Shown: one piece after another, positions 15,661 through 25,160 of the stretch
Position numbering within the stretch: the first letter of the stretch is position 1
Layout of the letters: the number at the start of each line of letters is the position of its first letter
DNA from: Verrucomicrobiota bacterium
GTDB lineage: Bacteria > Verrucomicrobiota > Verrucomicrobiia > Verrucomicrobiales > DEV007
Reading direction: 5' to 3'
Assembly (NCBI GenBank): GCA_963205275.1
Contig: CAUJIH010000068.1
Location: 3,466 to 67,465 of the forward strand
DNA length: 64,000 nt
The notes under the pieces: generated by a model
What the model was told of the DNA's origin: nothing
The model's input: only the letters and a program-made list of their open reading frames with translations
Databases searched by the model: none
Made by a program: the position numbers and the translations under genes

Positions 15661-16815
15661 CTACACGCAGTCAGGAGAATTTGCGAGGACAGTCTCATCG
15701 GCCCGCCCCGTCATGGCACGAACAACGAATACGAAAGCAAAGCCGAGGATTAAGAGGCCATTCAGAACATGGACATTCGTAACCCAAAAGCTCTTCCCTG
15801 TTCCGATCACCATCAGTCCCAGAGTGATCTGAACCCCAACCAGTGCGAGCAGTCTAATCACGTGAGATTTCGGCGTCTTCCATCGTGAGAGGACAGGGTT
15901 AGAGCGCCCACCGCCGAGCCGTAACAGCATTCCCACGAGGAAGAATAGAACGAGGAAAGCCGTCAGCTTGTGGAGAAAAAGCACCATAATCATCGGATCA
16001 TCGAAGGAGGGGATCCACCGACCCTGCGTCAGTATCAGGCCATCGTCCACCAACGCATGACGATGAAAGTGCCGCATCGAAGCACCAAAAATCAACTGAG
16101 CGAATACGAGAAGTACCAGCAACACGCCATAAATTCGAGACCGCCAGATCAGTGATCGAGACCCCGAAAAGCCTCCCTTTGGCCATCCTTCATCGGCGAC
16201 AAGTCCGATCAAGATCAATACACAGAAAAAACATTGAGCAAAGCAGCCGTGCGCAACCGCGTAAGTGTTAGAAATTTCCGTAACCCGTAGTCCTCCGAGA
16301 ATCGCCTGAGCCACGACCATCAGCAGGGCGAGCCCGGAAAGCTTCTGAATGAGAGTCCACCCTCGGCTGCTCCAGCTCCAGACAAGCCAGCCTATCGGCA
16401 ACAGCGATAGTCCAAGCGCGATTGTCAGAAATGTCTCCTTCAAATTGGCATCGACACGCTGACTCCCCGCCGCTATGAAGAAGCCCAGCGTGGTAGCCAT
16501 CAATAAAATCAGCCCGAGCAATTCGAGTCCCTGCTTCCACGAACGAACATAGGCCCACGCAAAAAGAGTCAGCACCAACCAGCCCACCAGATTCGCCAGC
16601 AAACGATGGGTATGCTCCAAGAAGGGCATCATGTTTTCTAACCAACCTGGCGGATTGATCGATCCGAGACTCAGCGGCCAGTCGGCAAATACCATGCCCG
16701 CCTGCTTCGTCGTCGTGGCAGCCCCCCACCATACGAGCAGGATCGCGAATGCGACCACAACTCGGGAAAATCTACAATACGCTCGGGTCGGAAATTGTAC
16801 GGGGGAAGACATCAA
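15661..16815 (-). CDS. ctaA: heme A synthase (COX15/CtaA family)
   Basis: 384 aa, ~8 TM, with FADWPLSLGSINPPGW and conserved His-containing helices (HRLLA, HGCFAQ, HRHAL). Confidence 0.85.
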   Translation of the reverse strand: MMSSPVQFPTRAYCRFSRVVVAFAILLVWWGAATTTKQAGMVFADWPLSLGSINPPGWLENMMPFLEHTHRLLANLVGWLVLTLFAWAYVRSWKQGLELLGLILLMATTLGFFIAAGSQRVDANLKETFLTIALGLSLLPIGWLVWSWSSRGWTLIQKLSGLALLMVVAQAILGGLRVTEISNTYAVAHGCFAQCFFCVLILIGLVADEGWPKGGFSGSRSLIWRSRIYGVLLVLLVFAQLIFGASMRHFHRHALVDDGLILTQGRWIPSFDDPMIMVLFLHKLTAFLVLFFLVGMLLRLGGGRSNPVLSRWKTPKSHVIRLLALVGVQITLGLMVIGTGKSFWVTNVHVLNGLLILGFAFVFVVRAMTGRADETVLANSPDCV

Positions 16816-17053
16816 AGGCGAAATCAGTCAATGCACGGCGACCGGGAGACCGATCAAATTCACGTCGAGTAGCTAAGTGAACACGGAATCCTCACGTCCC
16901 GCAAGAAACAGATCGAAACATACTCAGAAAATCCAGGGTAAAAGTGCAAAGAAAAACCGTCGAGATCGAGCGCCCTCGACATCATCTACGAGAACACGAA
17001 GCCCCGCCAGAGCGCTCGTCGGGCGAACCAGACTCCAGTCGTGAGAATATGAC

Positions 17054-17818
17054 TCACTTCTTCGGCAAAAGAGGCGTCTGACCAGCGAGCCATTTATCGA
17101 ACTTCTCACCGCTAACAGCCTTCACATGAGACACCATCTGCGCATGTCCTGCACCGCAGAGCTGAGCGCACACGATGTTCCATTCACCCTCCTTGTCGGG
17201 TACGAACCACATTGGGATCTCCGCTCCCGGCAGAGCATCCTGTTGACTGAACATCGGCAGGATTGCCAGCCCGTGAATCACATCCTTCGATGTCACCTGA
17301 ACCACCACCGGGCGCCCTACGGGCACGACCAACTCATTAATCGAGAGGAAGTCGTCCGCCGCATTCGGATCCTCGGCGATCAAGCCGATCGGATTAGCTC
17401 CGCTATAAAGCTCATAAGAGGTCAGCCCCACAGCACGATCCTGTCCGGCGTAGTGGAAGTTCCATCGATACTGCTCTCCCACGGCCCTGAGATTGACGAC
17501 ATCGTCGCCCGTCGGTCGATAGCCCGGATCAGTACGCATCGCCCACAAGGGAAAAGCAAATCCGAACAGAAGAAATCCGTCGACGATGACCACACCGATC
17601 TCGATGTGTGTAGGGAACTTCGAGGTCACTCCGTAATAATTCGCATGAGGAGATTTCTTTCGTCGAAACCGCCAAATCACGTACCCAAGAAAAATTGACC
17701 AGCCGATAAATAGGATCAGCATGAACCAATGCAGAACTCCAAGCATGTGGTCACCGCTATGACCATGCAGCGATGCTACATCGTGCATCCCGAAAATCTT
17801 GTTAATCCATTCTATCAT
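17054..17818 (-). CDS. ctaC: cytochrome c oxidase subunit II (CuA domain)
   Basis: Two N-terminal TM helices. CuA ligands: DVIHGLAI ... CAQLCGAGHAQM. Confidence 0.9.
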   Translation of the reverse strand: MIEWINKIFGMHDVASLHGHSGDHMLGVLHWFMLILFIGWSIFLGYVIWRFRRKKSPHANYYGVTSKFPTHIEIGVVIVDGFLLFGFAFPLWAMRTDPGYRPTGDDVVNLRAVGEQYRWNFHYAGQDRAVGLTSYELYSGANPIGLIAEDPNAADDFLSINELVVPVGRPVVVQVTSKDVIHGLAILPMFSQQDALPGAEIPMWFVPDKEGEWNIVCAQLCGAGHAQMVSHVKAVSGEKFDKWLAGQTPLLPKK

Positions 17819-17861
17819 AAAAATAAAAAGCTAAGTCTAATACCGAAGCATCTGAAGCAAT

Positions 17862-18074
17862 TCAGCTCTCGCTTGTACCATCGCTTTCAGCAAAACGCCG
17901 CCCACGTCGTGCTAGGTACACCATGAAGGCAATAAACGATCCGAGCATCATCGCCAACACACCGAGCATCAGGAGAATCGCTGTATTGGCCGCAAGGACG
18001 GTCGTTTCGGAGGCCCCACTGGTACACATTGGACACGCGAGGAGAATTGTAGCGAGAGAACTGATCATCGTCAT
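17862..18074 (-). CDS. small membrane protein with N-terminal CPMC motif
   Basis: 70 aa, two hydrophobic segments, CPMC at aa 14-17. It is tightly packed (10 and 43 bp spacers) between oxidase genes. Confidence 0.45.
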   Translation of the reverse strand: MTMISSLATILLACPMCTSGASETTVLAANTAILLMLGVLAMMLGSFIAFMVYLARRGRRFAESDGTSES

Positions 18075-18084
18075 GGGAAAGGCT

Positions 18085-18282
18085 TCAAAGCTTGAGAGTT
18101 CTAATTTTTTTCAGAAATCGAAGACCGTAAACAAACATTACCAGCCCACAGGCCACGCTCACCCAGCCAAGCACGCGCAGCATCCCAGGAAGGTCATCGA
18201 GCATCAGACACAAAGCACCCAAACCGCCGAAAAAGAGCGTGCAGACGGTGATAAATGCAATGTGAAAGTTCTTTAGAGACAT
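18085..18282 (-). CDS. small two-TM membrane protein
   Basis: 65 aa, two hydrophobic helices. It starts 18 bp after subunit IV and ends 10 bp before the next gene. Confidence 0.45.
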   Translation of the reverse strand: MSLKNFHIAFITVCTLFFGGLGALCLMLDDLPGMLRVLGWVSVACGLVMFVYGLRFLKKIRTLKL

Positions 18283-18300
18283 GACCTGACGTGCCTATGA

Positions 18301-18669
18301 CTATCGCACCTCGGATACGACCCCGCTAGTAGTGCTCAGAGTATCAAACTGCTCCTGGATGGGATCCATCTCGGCGAAAATGGTAGCCACCATTAAACAG
18401 GCGAACATGATGGTCGTGAAAAATAGAAGCTTGTAAATTGCTCCCTTCTCGTGATTCAAGTGCATGAAGACTAGTGCAACTAAACTGGCCTTCGTACCGG
18501 CGATCCCCAGTCCTAAAATCACATCGGCGGCATCCGGACCTGGAGCGCCAATATCGAACATTGGCACCAGCCCCACGACCACCGTGACGACAGTGAACAC
18601 GAAGAGGGCAATCCCAACGGCAAAAAACGACTTCTTCGTTTTAGCTGCATCAAAGTGTGCGTCTGACAT
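18301..18669 (-). CDS. cytochrome c oxidase subunit IV (bacterial caa3/aa3 type)
   Basis: MSDAH...AVGIALFVFTVVTV...GTKASLVALVFMHLNHEKG matches the prokaryotic subunit IV signature (KAxLVxxxFMHL). Confidence 0.7.
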   Translation of the reverse strand: MSDAHFDAAKTKKSFFAVGIALFVFTVVTVVVGLVPMFDIGAPGPDAADVILGLGIAGTKASLVALVFMHLNHEKGAIYKLLFFTTIMFACLMVATIFAEMDPIQEQFDTLSTTSGVVSEVR

Positions 18670-18702
18670 AATCGAAATCTTTTAAAGTGAGTCAATTCAG
18701 GA

Positions 18703-20163
18703 TCAAAGGAGATACATTAACGGAAAGAGGAAAATCCAGACCAAATCGACAAAGTGCCAAAAAAGACCACCAACTTCCACGCGGTTTGCCAAGTGATCGG
18801 GATTTTCCAAGAACATTTTCTTCCCGAAAATCGTAAAGAACAGAAGCACTACCGCTCCAAATATCACATGCAATCCGTGGAGTGCAGTAATGGTAAAGTA
18901 GATGCCATAGTAATTTCCGTAACGAGGGCCGTGATTCGACATGAACTTAATCTTGTCACGAGGAACCAAAATCGTCTTCGAAGGACCAACATGCCCCTCG
19001 GAATCTCCACCCCCCGCCGTCAGTAGCATATCGCTCGTGTGAACAGCGTCATGCTGCGCACTCTTATTCTCAGCGCCGGATTTCTCGTCAATCGGCACAT
19101 GTACATACTGCACGTTAAGAAAACGGCCTCGAAGCTGCTTATCGGGAATAATCCCACCACGCTTGTCGTAATACTCCTTCAGTTCAGCGTACTTCTCAGA
19201 CTGCTTATCAAAAAAGTGCTGCTTCGCCTCCGCGCTACCGATTACATCCCAAACCACCGAAGACCGCTGCTTCGTTGGCAGCACTAGCTGCATATCAACT
19301 TCGTGGACTTGAAATCGGACTGCGTCAGTGACGAGCTTTCCCTCCACTTTCACGCCATCCCGATAGTTCAGAGTTGTAGCATTGTGCATCACGAGACGAC
19401 GAAAGTCGGCATTGACCTTGAATGGTGCCGCTGCAACAAGTGTCACCGAGGAACTCACTGAAACAGGCTTCGGAGTTGCTCCGGCATCACGCTCAGCACG
19501 ATAACGACGACGTTCATCGACGAGCTTCTGCATCACCATCGCCCGCCCAGAAGAATGCCAAGCCTTGAATGCTGCAGCGGAAGCAATCTTATCGCCCACC
19601 AGTTCCGCCGGCCCCGACTCGACGGTCAATAGCGGAAACTCCCCGCTTGTGAAGTCCTTAAAAACCCAAGGTAGTGCCCCTTGGAGACTGAATGAAATCT
19701 TGTCGCCCTGAAACTCGATTCTATCCGAGCGATCAATGATGGTCCCTTCCATCACAGAGTTATCGACCAGCTTGATTCCATGGTGCTTCACGAGCTTACT
19801 GTAATACTCGACGCTCTTGATCGCCATGAAGGTGAGAGCACACGCAACGACGAAGTACATGTAGCGTTGATAGCGCTTCCAATTACGCTCCTTCACCGCA
19901 ACCCATGCAAAAACGACGCCTACCGAAGACGCAATCAGAACTAGTGTATTAATCGCCCCGAGCCAGACGAAGTTCTTGTGAACGCTCAAACCCCACGGCC
20001 AAGGATTATCCACACCGGTCTGCACACCAAGGCGGAGAAAAGCGTAAGCTGAAAATAGACCACCGAACAGCATCACCTCAGATGCGAGGAAAATCCAAAT
20101 CCCGATCTTCGCGTTATAGAGCCCGGTGTCACGCCGCGGTATCACTTCATGGGGAATCTGCAT
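18703..20163 (-). CDS. ctaE: cytochrome c oxidase subunit III with large internal hydrophilic insertion
   Basis: N-terminus: [25 protein letters not shown]-terminus: [19 protein letters not shown]...[21 protein letters not shown]. These are separated by ~270 non-hydrophobic residues (aa ~125-400). Confidence 0.85.
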   Translation of the reverse strand: MQIPHEVIPRRDTGLYNAKIGIWIFLASEVMLFGGLFSAYAFLRLGVQTGVDNPWPWGLSVHKNFVWLGAINTLVLIASSVGVVFAWVAVKERNWKRYQRYMYFVVACALTFMAIKSVEYYSKLVKHHGIKLVDNSVMEGTIIDRSDRIEFQGDKISFSLQGALPWVFKDFTSGEFPLLTVESGPAELVGDKIASAAAFKAWHSSGRAMVMQKLVDERRRYRAERDAGATPKPVSVSSSVTLVAAAPFKVNADFRRLVMHNATTLNYRDGVKVEGKLVTDAVRFQVHEVDMQLVLPTKQRSSVVWDVIGSAEAKQHFFDKQSEKYAELKEYYDKRGGIIPDKQLRGRFLNVQYVHVPIDEKSGAENKSAQHDAVHTSDMLLTAGGGDSEGHVGPSKTILVPRDKIKFMSNHGPRYGNYYGIYFTITALHGLHVIFGAVVLLFFTIFGKKMFLENPDHLANRVEVGGLFWHFVDLVWIFLFPLMYLL

Positions 20164-20213
20164 AGATCAAATAGTAGTTTTATAAGCTATGTGTGTTTTG
20201 CTGTCGAGTTCTC

Positions 20214-22154
20214 TCAATGCACTGGTACCGACGCTTCGTCTGGATCATCTGTATGCTCCGAACCCGCTACGAGTTCGGCGTCCGTCTCGAACTGCGGAGT
20301 GAAGTCGCGAGGTGCCCCAGGAACGCTGTATTCGTACGCTCCCCGATACGTAACCGGAGGAGTAAGAAAGTTACCGTGGGGTGGAGGTGTCGGCGTCGCC
20401 CACTCCATCGTCGTCGCCTCCCAAGGGTTATCAGACTTAACCTTTTTCCCAACAAAGGCGCTGGCGAATACGTTGATGATAAACGGAATTTGAAAAATCG
20501 CCAGCAGCCAAGCTGAAGCGGATGTCACTACATTCAGATCAATCATCGTGAGAGCGGCATGCGGATCGATGATATGAAGCTTCTCCGCAACGACCGCGAG
20601 GAAGCTGCCAGGCTCCGCATATACCTGTTGACTCATCGTCTCATAAGCCCGACCTCCGTCGAAGGCACGTCGATGGAATCCGGCCATACCCTGAATCAGC
20701 ATCGGAGCGAAAATCCCATTCATGAAGAGAAGCGACGGCCAAAAATGGAGAAGACCCAGCTTCTCACTCATCATACGTCCCGTAACCTTCGGATACCAGT
20801 GATACACCCCGGCAAACAAGGCGAAAATCGATCCAGGAGCCACTACATAGTGAAAGTGACCGATTACGTAATACGTGTCGTGTAGATGAAGATCCGGAAT
20901 ATTAAAGGCGAGCGGAAGCCCCGTCAGACCACCGATTCCGAACATCGGCAAGAACGATGTCGCGAAAAGCATCGCCGTATTAAACCGAATCGAACCACCC
21001 CACATGGAGATGAGCAGAGCGGTCACCAGAATGACGGAAGGCGTCGATACGATCACTGTCGTTGTCTGGAAAAAGCTGGAAATTGCCGGCCCCATTCCGG
21101 TCATATACATGTGGTGAGCCCAGACGAGAAAGGAAAGGAACCCGAGCGCAAGAACTGCATAGACCATCGTCCGATAACCCCATAGTGGCTTCCGAGTGTT
21201 GCATGCGATCACTTCCGCCACGATTCCGATCGCCGGAAGAATCAGCACATACACCTCCGGGTGCGCAAGGAACCAGAAAAGGTGTTGATATAGCAGCGGG
21301 CTCCCACCCCCGGCAGCGTCCAACGGCATTCCGCTTATATTCAGTCCAGTCGGAATGAAGAAGCTCGTCCCGCCCATTCGGTCAACCAATTGGAGAATTG
21401 CCGCAGCCTCAAGCGGCGGGAACGCCAGTAGTAGAATAAATGCGGTCGAAAGTGTCGCCCAGACAAACACCGGCATCCGCATCCACGTCATACCTTTGCA
21501 ACGCAAATTGATGATCGTGCAGATCACATTGACCGAGCCGAGCAATGAGGAAGAGATAACCAGAACCATGGACACCAGCCATTGCGTCTGCCCGGTCCAA
21601 AACAAATCTCCATATTGGTGATCTGTTATAGTCGCGAGCGGTGAGTAGTTGGTCCATCCCGCCTTCGCCGCACCCGACGGAATGAAGAAGCTAGCGAACA
21701 TCATGGCTCCACCGATCACATAAAGCCAATAGCTGGCCATATTAATCCGAGGGAAGGCCATATCGGGCGCTCCGATCTGGAGAGGCATCACATAATTGCC
21801 GAAAGCGGCAAATCCGAGCGGTACAACTCCTAGGAAAATCATGATCGTTCCGTGCATCGCACCGAACATATTGTAAAGGTCGCCCGTTACTTTCCCGTTG
21901 TCATCGAGCCAAGATTGGAACCAAGGCCAGTCGGACAGTACAGGAACTGGGCGATCCGGATACGCGATACTCCACCGCATCACCATCATCAGGAAAAACC
22001 CGAAGGCCAAGAAGCAGAGCGAAGTCAGACCGTACTGAACACCAATCACCTTATGATCTGTGGAAAAGATATACTTTTTCCAAAATGGAATCTGATGCTC
22101 GTGATGGGACTCGCTCTCCGCGACCTCCGAGATTGTGTTAGCTGCTGCACTCAT
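20214..22154 (-). CDS. ctaD: cytochrome c oxidase subunit I (A-type heme-copper oxidase)
   Basis: Canonical ligand motifs are all present: LFWFLAHPEVYVLILPA, VWAHHMYMTG, YYVIGHFHYVV. Confidence 0.95.
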   Translation of the reverse strand: MSAAANTISEVAESESHHEHQIPFWKKYIFSTDHKVIGVQYGLTSLCFLAFGFFLMMVMRWSIAYPDRPVPVLSDWPWFQSWLDDNGKVTGDLYNMFGAMHGTIMIFLGVVPLGFAAFGNYVMPLQIGAPDMAFPRINMASYWLYVIGGAMMFASFFIPSGAAKAGWTNYSPLATITDHQYGDLFWTGQTQWLVSMVLVISSSLLGSVNVICTIINLRCKGMTWMRMPVFVWATLSTAFILLLAFPPLEAAAILQLVDRMGGTSFFIPTGLNISGMPLDAAGGGSPLLYQHLFWFLAHPEVYVLILPAIGIVAEVIACNTRKPLWGYRTMVYAVLALGFLSFLVWAHHMYMTGMGPAISSFFQTTTVIVSTPSVILVTALLISMWGGSIRFNTAMLFATSFLPMFGIGGLTGLPLAFNIPDLHLHDTYYVIGHFHYVVAPGSIFALFAGVYHWYPKVTGRMMSEKLGLLHFWPSLLFMNGIFAPMLIQGMAGFHRRAFDGGRAYETMSQQVYAEPGSFLAVVAEKLHIIDPHAALTMIDLNVVTSASAWLLAIFQIPFIINVFASAFVGKKVKSDNPWEATTMEWATPTPPPHGNFLTPPVTYRGAYEYSVPGAPRDFTPQFETDAELVAGSEHTDDPDEASVPVH

Positions 22155-22247
22155 TCCGATAATTGAAAATTAATCCTCCTTTTGATTCGGAGCTTGCTCT
22201 ATTGTGAAGCAATCTGCGGAAGATTTCAAAGAACTTCTCTCCTAGAT

Positions 22248-22982
22248 TTACAAGGGATCTCCCGTTTCAAGATTCACCTTCGCCCCAGAAAGATGCGCAT
22301 CCATCGGAATAGCAAGGAGTTCCGCTTCCGTAAACGGAGCAACATGCGCCCCAAACTCATCCCGTGCCGATTTCATCATTTCGGTCGTTACCACACCATC
22401 TTCTCCTTCGGGCAATTGCACGAAAGTCCGGCGCACATAGGTGAGCACCTGCGCCATCTTCTCATCGCCAAGACTGTTCCAAGCTGGCATCAATTGGTTG
22501 AACGCCTGCCCCTCCACATGAAATGGCCCATTGATTCCCGCCATAAGGATTGCCCCGAGTCGCTTCGTCCCGCCACTCACCCATTCCGACCCTGCGAGAG
22601 GGGGAAAAGCACCGGGCAGTCCGGACCCGTTCGCCTGGTGACAGGCAATACAGTTCCCGTAGACCTTCTTTCCCTCGTCCATCCATTCATCGATCCATGC
22701 GACCTTTGCTCCTGCATCAGCAGCTCCCGCTACGACGGGCCTCGGATCAGGGTGATAGTATTTATCCGCGTAAATGCTATCGCGAAATCCGTTTGATGTA
22801 CTAAACAAATGTCCACCACCGACGATTAAAACGAGGGAGCTAACGATGAGAAGTGGGAGGCTGACGTTCCCACTCCCGGCGGGTAGGATCTTCACTTCCC
22901 TCTTAGCTGCGTCATGCAAGTCCGCCGCTCCGGCAGTTCCCCGCTGGTAGTCGAGATTCCTATCTTCACTAGGCTGTTCCAT
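22248..22982 (-). CDS. membrane-anchored monoheme c-type cytochrome
   Basis: One TM helix, then CIACHQANGSG...PPLAGSEW...LMPAW (class I cytochrome c pattern). Confidence 0.8.
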   Translation of the reverse strand: MEQPSEDRNLDYQRGTAGAADLHDAAKREVKILPAGSGNVSLPLLIVSSLVLIVGGGHLFSTSNGFRDSIYADKYYHPDPRPVVAGAADAGAKVAWIDEWMDEGKKVYGNCIACHQANGSGLPGAFPPLAGSEWVSGGTKRLGAILMAGINGPFHVEGQAFNQLMPAWNSLGDEKMAQVLTYVRRTFVQLPEGEDGVVTTEMMKSARDEFGAHVAPFTEAELLAIPMDAHLSGAKVNLETGDPL

Positions 22983-23014
22983 GGTTAAAGAGCTCCTGTT
23001 GTGTGCGTTTCAAT

Positions 23015-23644
23015 TTAATTCCGCGAAAGGTAGGCGGCAGGAAGCGGCTGATCTTTCTTCAGAGAGAGCAAGTAGTCAACCAAGGCGTCGGCGCGTGAGG
23101 TAGGCTCCACCCCTTCTCCAGTGAGCGAGCGCCTGTAGAGATGACGGAACGACGGCATCCCGCCCTCTAGTTCTAATTCGCGGGGATCACGAAGATGACG
23201 GTGCATCTCCTCACGATCCGTGATGCGATGCCCCACGTTCGAGAGGTCGGGGCCGATTCTCTGATATCCGAGTAGAGCGACCGGCTCGGTCACATAATCT
23301 TCGGGTTGGGTCTCTCTGGCGAAGTTCTCTTTCCCCCCTTCCCGTCCGGCCCATCCTGGAATCCACATATCCGGTCCAGCGTAAGTGGGGCGAATCACTT
23401 GAGTGTGACAGTAAGCACATCCCTCCGCAGCGTACACTTGACGCCCGTAATCACTGGATCCGTATCGCTGAGAGACCGGATCAGGGTACACCTTTTGTCC
23501 ATCCTCGGGATGATCCCCTTCGGAATAGGCGAACGTTCCCACCTTAGCTGCCGAGAGATAGGGCACTACCACCAGAATCAGCCAAGGAAGTCCGAAACAT
23601 ATTCCGAGTCCCATGAGGAGTTTTCTGAGAGGGTTCGAAGTCAT
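23015..23644 (-). CDS. CcoO/FixO-like monoheme cytochrome c subunit
   Basis: GRQVYAAEGCAYCHTQVIRP ... IGPDLSNVGHR ... GGMPSF follows the cbb3 subunit II pattern. Confidence 0.8.
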   Translation of the reverse strand: MTSNPLRKLLMGLGICFGLPWLILVVVPYLSAAKVGTFAYSEGDHPEDGQKVYPDPVSQRYGSSDYGRQVYAAEGCAYCHTQVIRPTYAGPDMWIPGWAGREGGKENFARETQPEDYVTEPVALLGYQRIGPDLSNVGHRITDREEMHRHLRDPRELELEGGMPSFRHLYRRSLTGEGVEPTSRADALVDYLLSLKKDQPLPAAYLSRN

Positions 23645-23675
23645 AGTCGATCAAATGTATTTACAGCTTTTGCGA

Positions 23676-25136
23676 TTATTGAATGCCTTCAATGGCTCGG
23701 GCGCTATCAACAGAACCAGGTTCAACGTGCAAGAGCGTTGGACCCGCCGACTTGCGACCACGTCCGCAGAACATCTGCGCCAGTTGCCGGAAGAAGACGA
23801 AATTTGCATACACGATCACCACCCAAGCGAAGCAGCGACCCAAGGTGTAGGGAGTCGAATTCACATAGGACACGGAGAAAGCTCGATCCCATTCTTTCAG
23901 ATCCTCCCCTTGTGCGAAGCCACTGAGCAGCGCGAACAGCACTAGGGTCGATACCGCGTAGGTACTCAGCCAGAAATGTGCACGAATCCCTTTCGCCGAA
24001 ACCCACTCAGTTCCGGTGATCCGAGGAACGATGAAGTAGAACGCTCCGAACATTGTCATTGAGAAGAATCCCAAAAGCGCAAGAACGTCCATTCCCGCAA
24101 CGAAGTGGCTGAATTGCAGATTCTTCCCGAACTCAAAGGTCGATCCGATCGCATTGAGGAACCCGTAAATAGCCAACATCAGCATCCCGAACACCGTAAA
24201 TCGAAGAGACGGGCTATATTCCCAGAGCTTTGTACACCCCTTCAACGTACGCAGTAAATTCGAAACTGTCGTTAAGATCGCGATCAGGATCAGAATGGTA
24301 GCCGTACCACTGATTGAGGGAATCCAAGCGGGAAAGGGTCCACCCATGAATCGAGAAAATCCCGTCCATCCGGCGAGCGCCGCCATCGCCCAAAAGCTGA
24401 ATTGGGCAAGCGGATAGCTATACACAGGCCGAGCCGAAATTTTGGGCACGATAAAATAGGCGACGGCAATTCCAACGGGAGCCATCCAGAAGTAGATCAA
24501 ATTGGAGACATACCAAGCATCAACCCCCGCGCCCATCACCGGTGCTGCGTACTTATTGATAAAAAGATTCGCCGTCAGATAGACCCACGGAAACCAGACA
24601 GCGGCTCCGATCAGGAACAACTCCGACACGTAGAACCCTTGCGACCGCTTTTTTCCCGCCATCGAAAACACCCACACCACCATCAGCGAATAGGACAGCG
24701 CTAAAATGGGCCAGAACCACCCTGGAAAGTCCATCAGGGGCAATGAACGTCCAGCCCCGAGCCAAACAGATATTACGCCGAGCGCGACCCCTCCATTCCA
24801 GATACACGCCGCAACGACGATCAATGTAGGATGCTGAATTCGCGACCGCGATAGGCGCGCCATCAGCCAAAGCATCACTCCAATACCTGCCTGTATCGCC
24901 CATCCATACACTAGAGCGTTCAGAAACATCGGATACAGTCGTCCATACCCCATAAACGGACAAGCTTCCCACAAGCTAGGGAATCGGAGCTTCAGCGTGC
25001 TGAGTAGCCCAAGCACAGAGGACACGAGCAACCACGTAGCGGCACTTGTAAAGAGGAACATCACCGGGTAGCGAGCGGAGCGGTCAATCTCCGCCCTTTC
25101 TTGCATTTCCTCGGGCGTGGGGATGGGTGCTGTCAT
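23676..25136 (-). CDS. CcoN-like (cbb3 subunit I-like) 12-TM protein lacking most canonical metal-ligand histidines
   Basis: Motif-level similarity to CcoN: GRLYPMFLNALVYGW vs GRLRPLHTNAVIF; WYVSN vs WYGHN; AYFIVPK vs YYFVPK; WTGFSRF vs WAGPHHL; FSHFVAG vs GHVHSG. There are only 4 His in 486 aa. Confidence 0.7.
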   Translation of the reverse strand: MTAPIPTPEEMQERAEIDRSARYPVMFLFTSAATWLLVSSVLGLLSTLKLRFPSLWEACPFMGYGRLYPMFLNALVYGWAIQAGIGVMLWLMARLSRSRIQHPTLIVVAACIWNGGVALGVISVWLGAGRSLPLMDFPGWFWPILALSYSLMVVWVFSMAGKKRSQGFYVSELFLIGAAVWFPWVYLTANLFINKYAAPVMGAGVDAWYVSNLIYFWMAPVGIAVAYFIVPKISARPVYSYPLAQFSFWAMAALAGWTGFSRFMGGPFPAWIPSISGTATILILIAILTTVSNLLRTLKGCTKLWEYSPSLRFTVFGMLMLAIYGFLNAIGSTFEFGKNLQFSHFVAGMDVLALLGFFSMTMFGAFYFIVPRITGTEWVSAKGIRAHFWLSTYAVSTLVLFALLSGFAQGEDLKEWDRAFSVSYVNSTPYTLGRCFAWVVIVYANFVFFRQLAQMFCGRGRKSAGPTLLHVEPGSVDSARAIEGIQ

Positions 25137-25160
25137 GATAAAGTCGGTTGGTGGCGTCGC

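Noticed and set aside
23015-25136. Annotating the CcoN/CcoO-like pair as a functional cbb3-type cytochrome c oxidase.
   Set aside because: Five of the six ligand histidines and the cross-linked Tyr are substituted in the CcoN-like protein. No ccoP/ccoQ or ccoGHIS genes accompany the pair.
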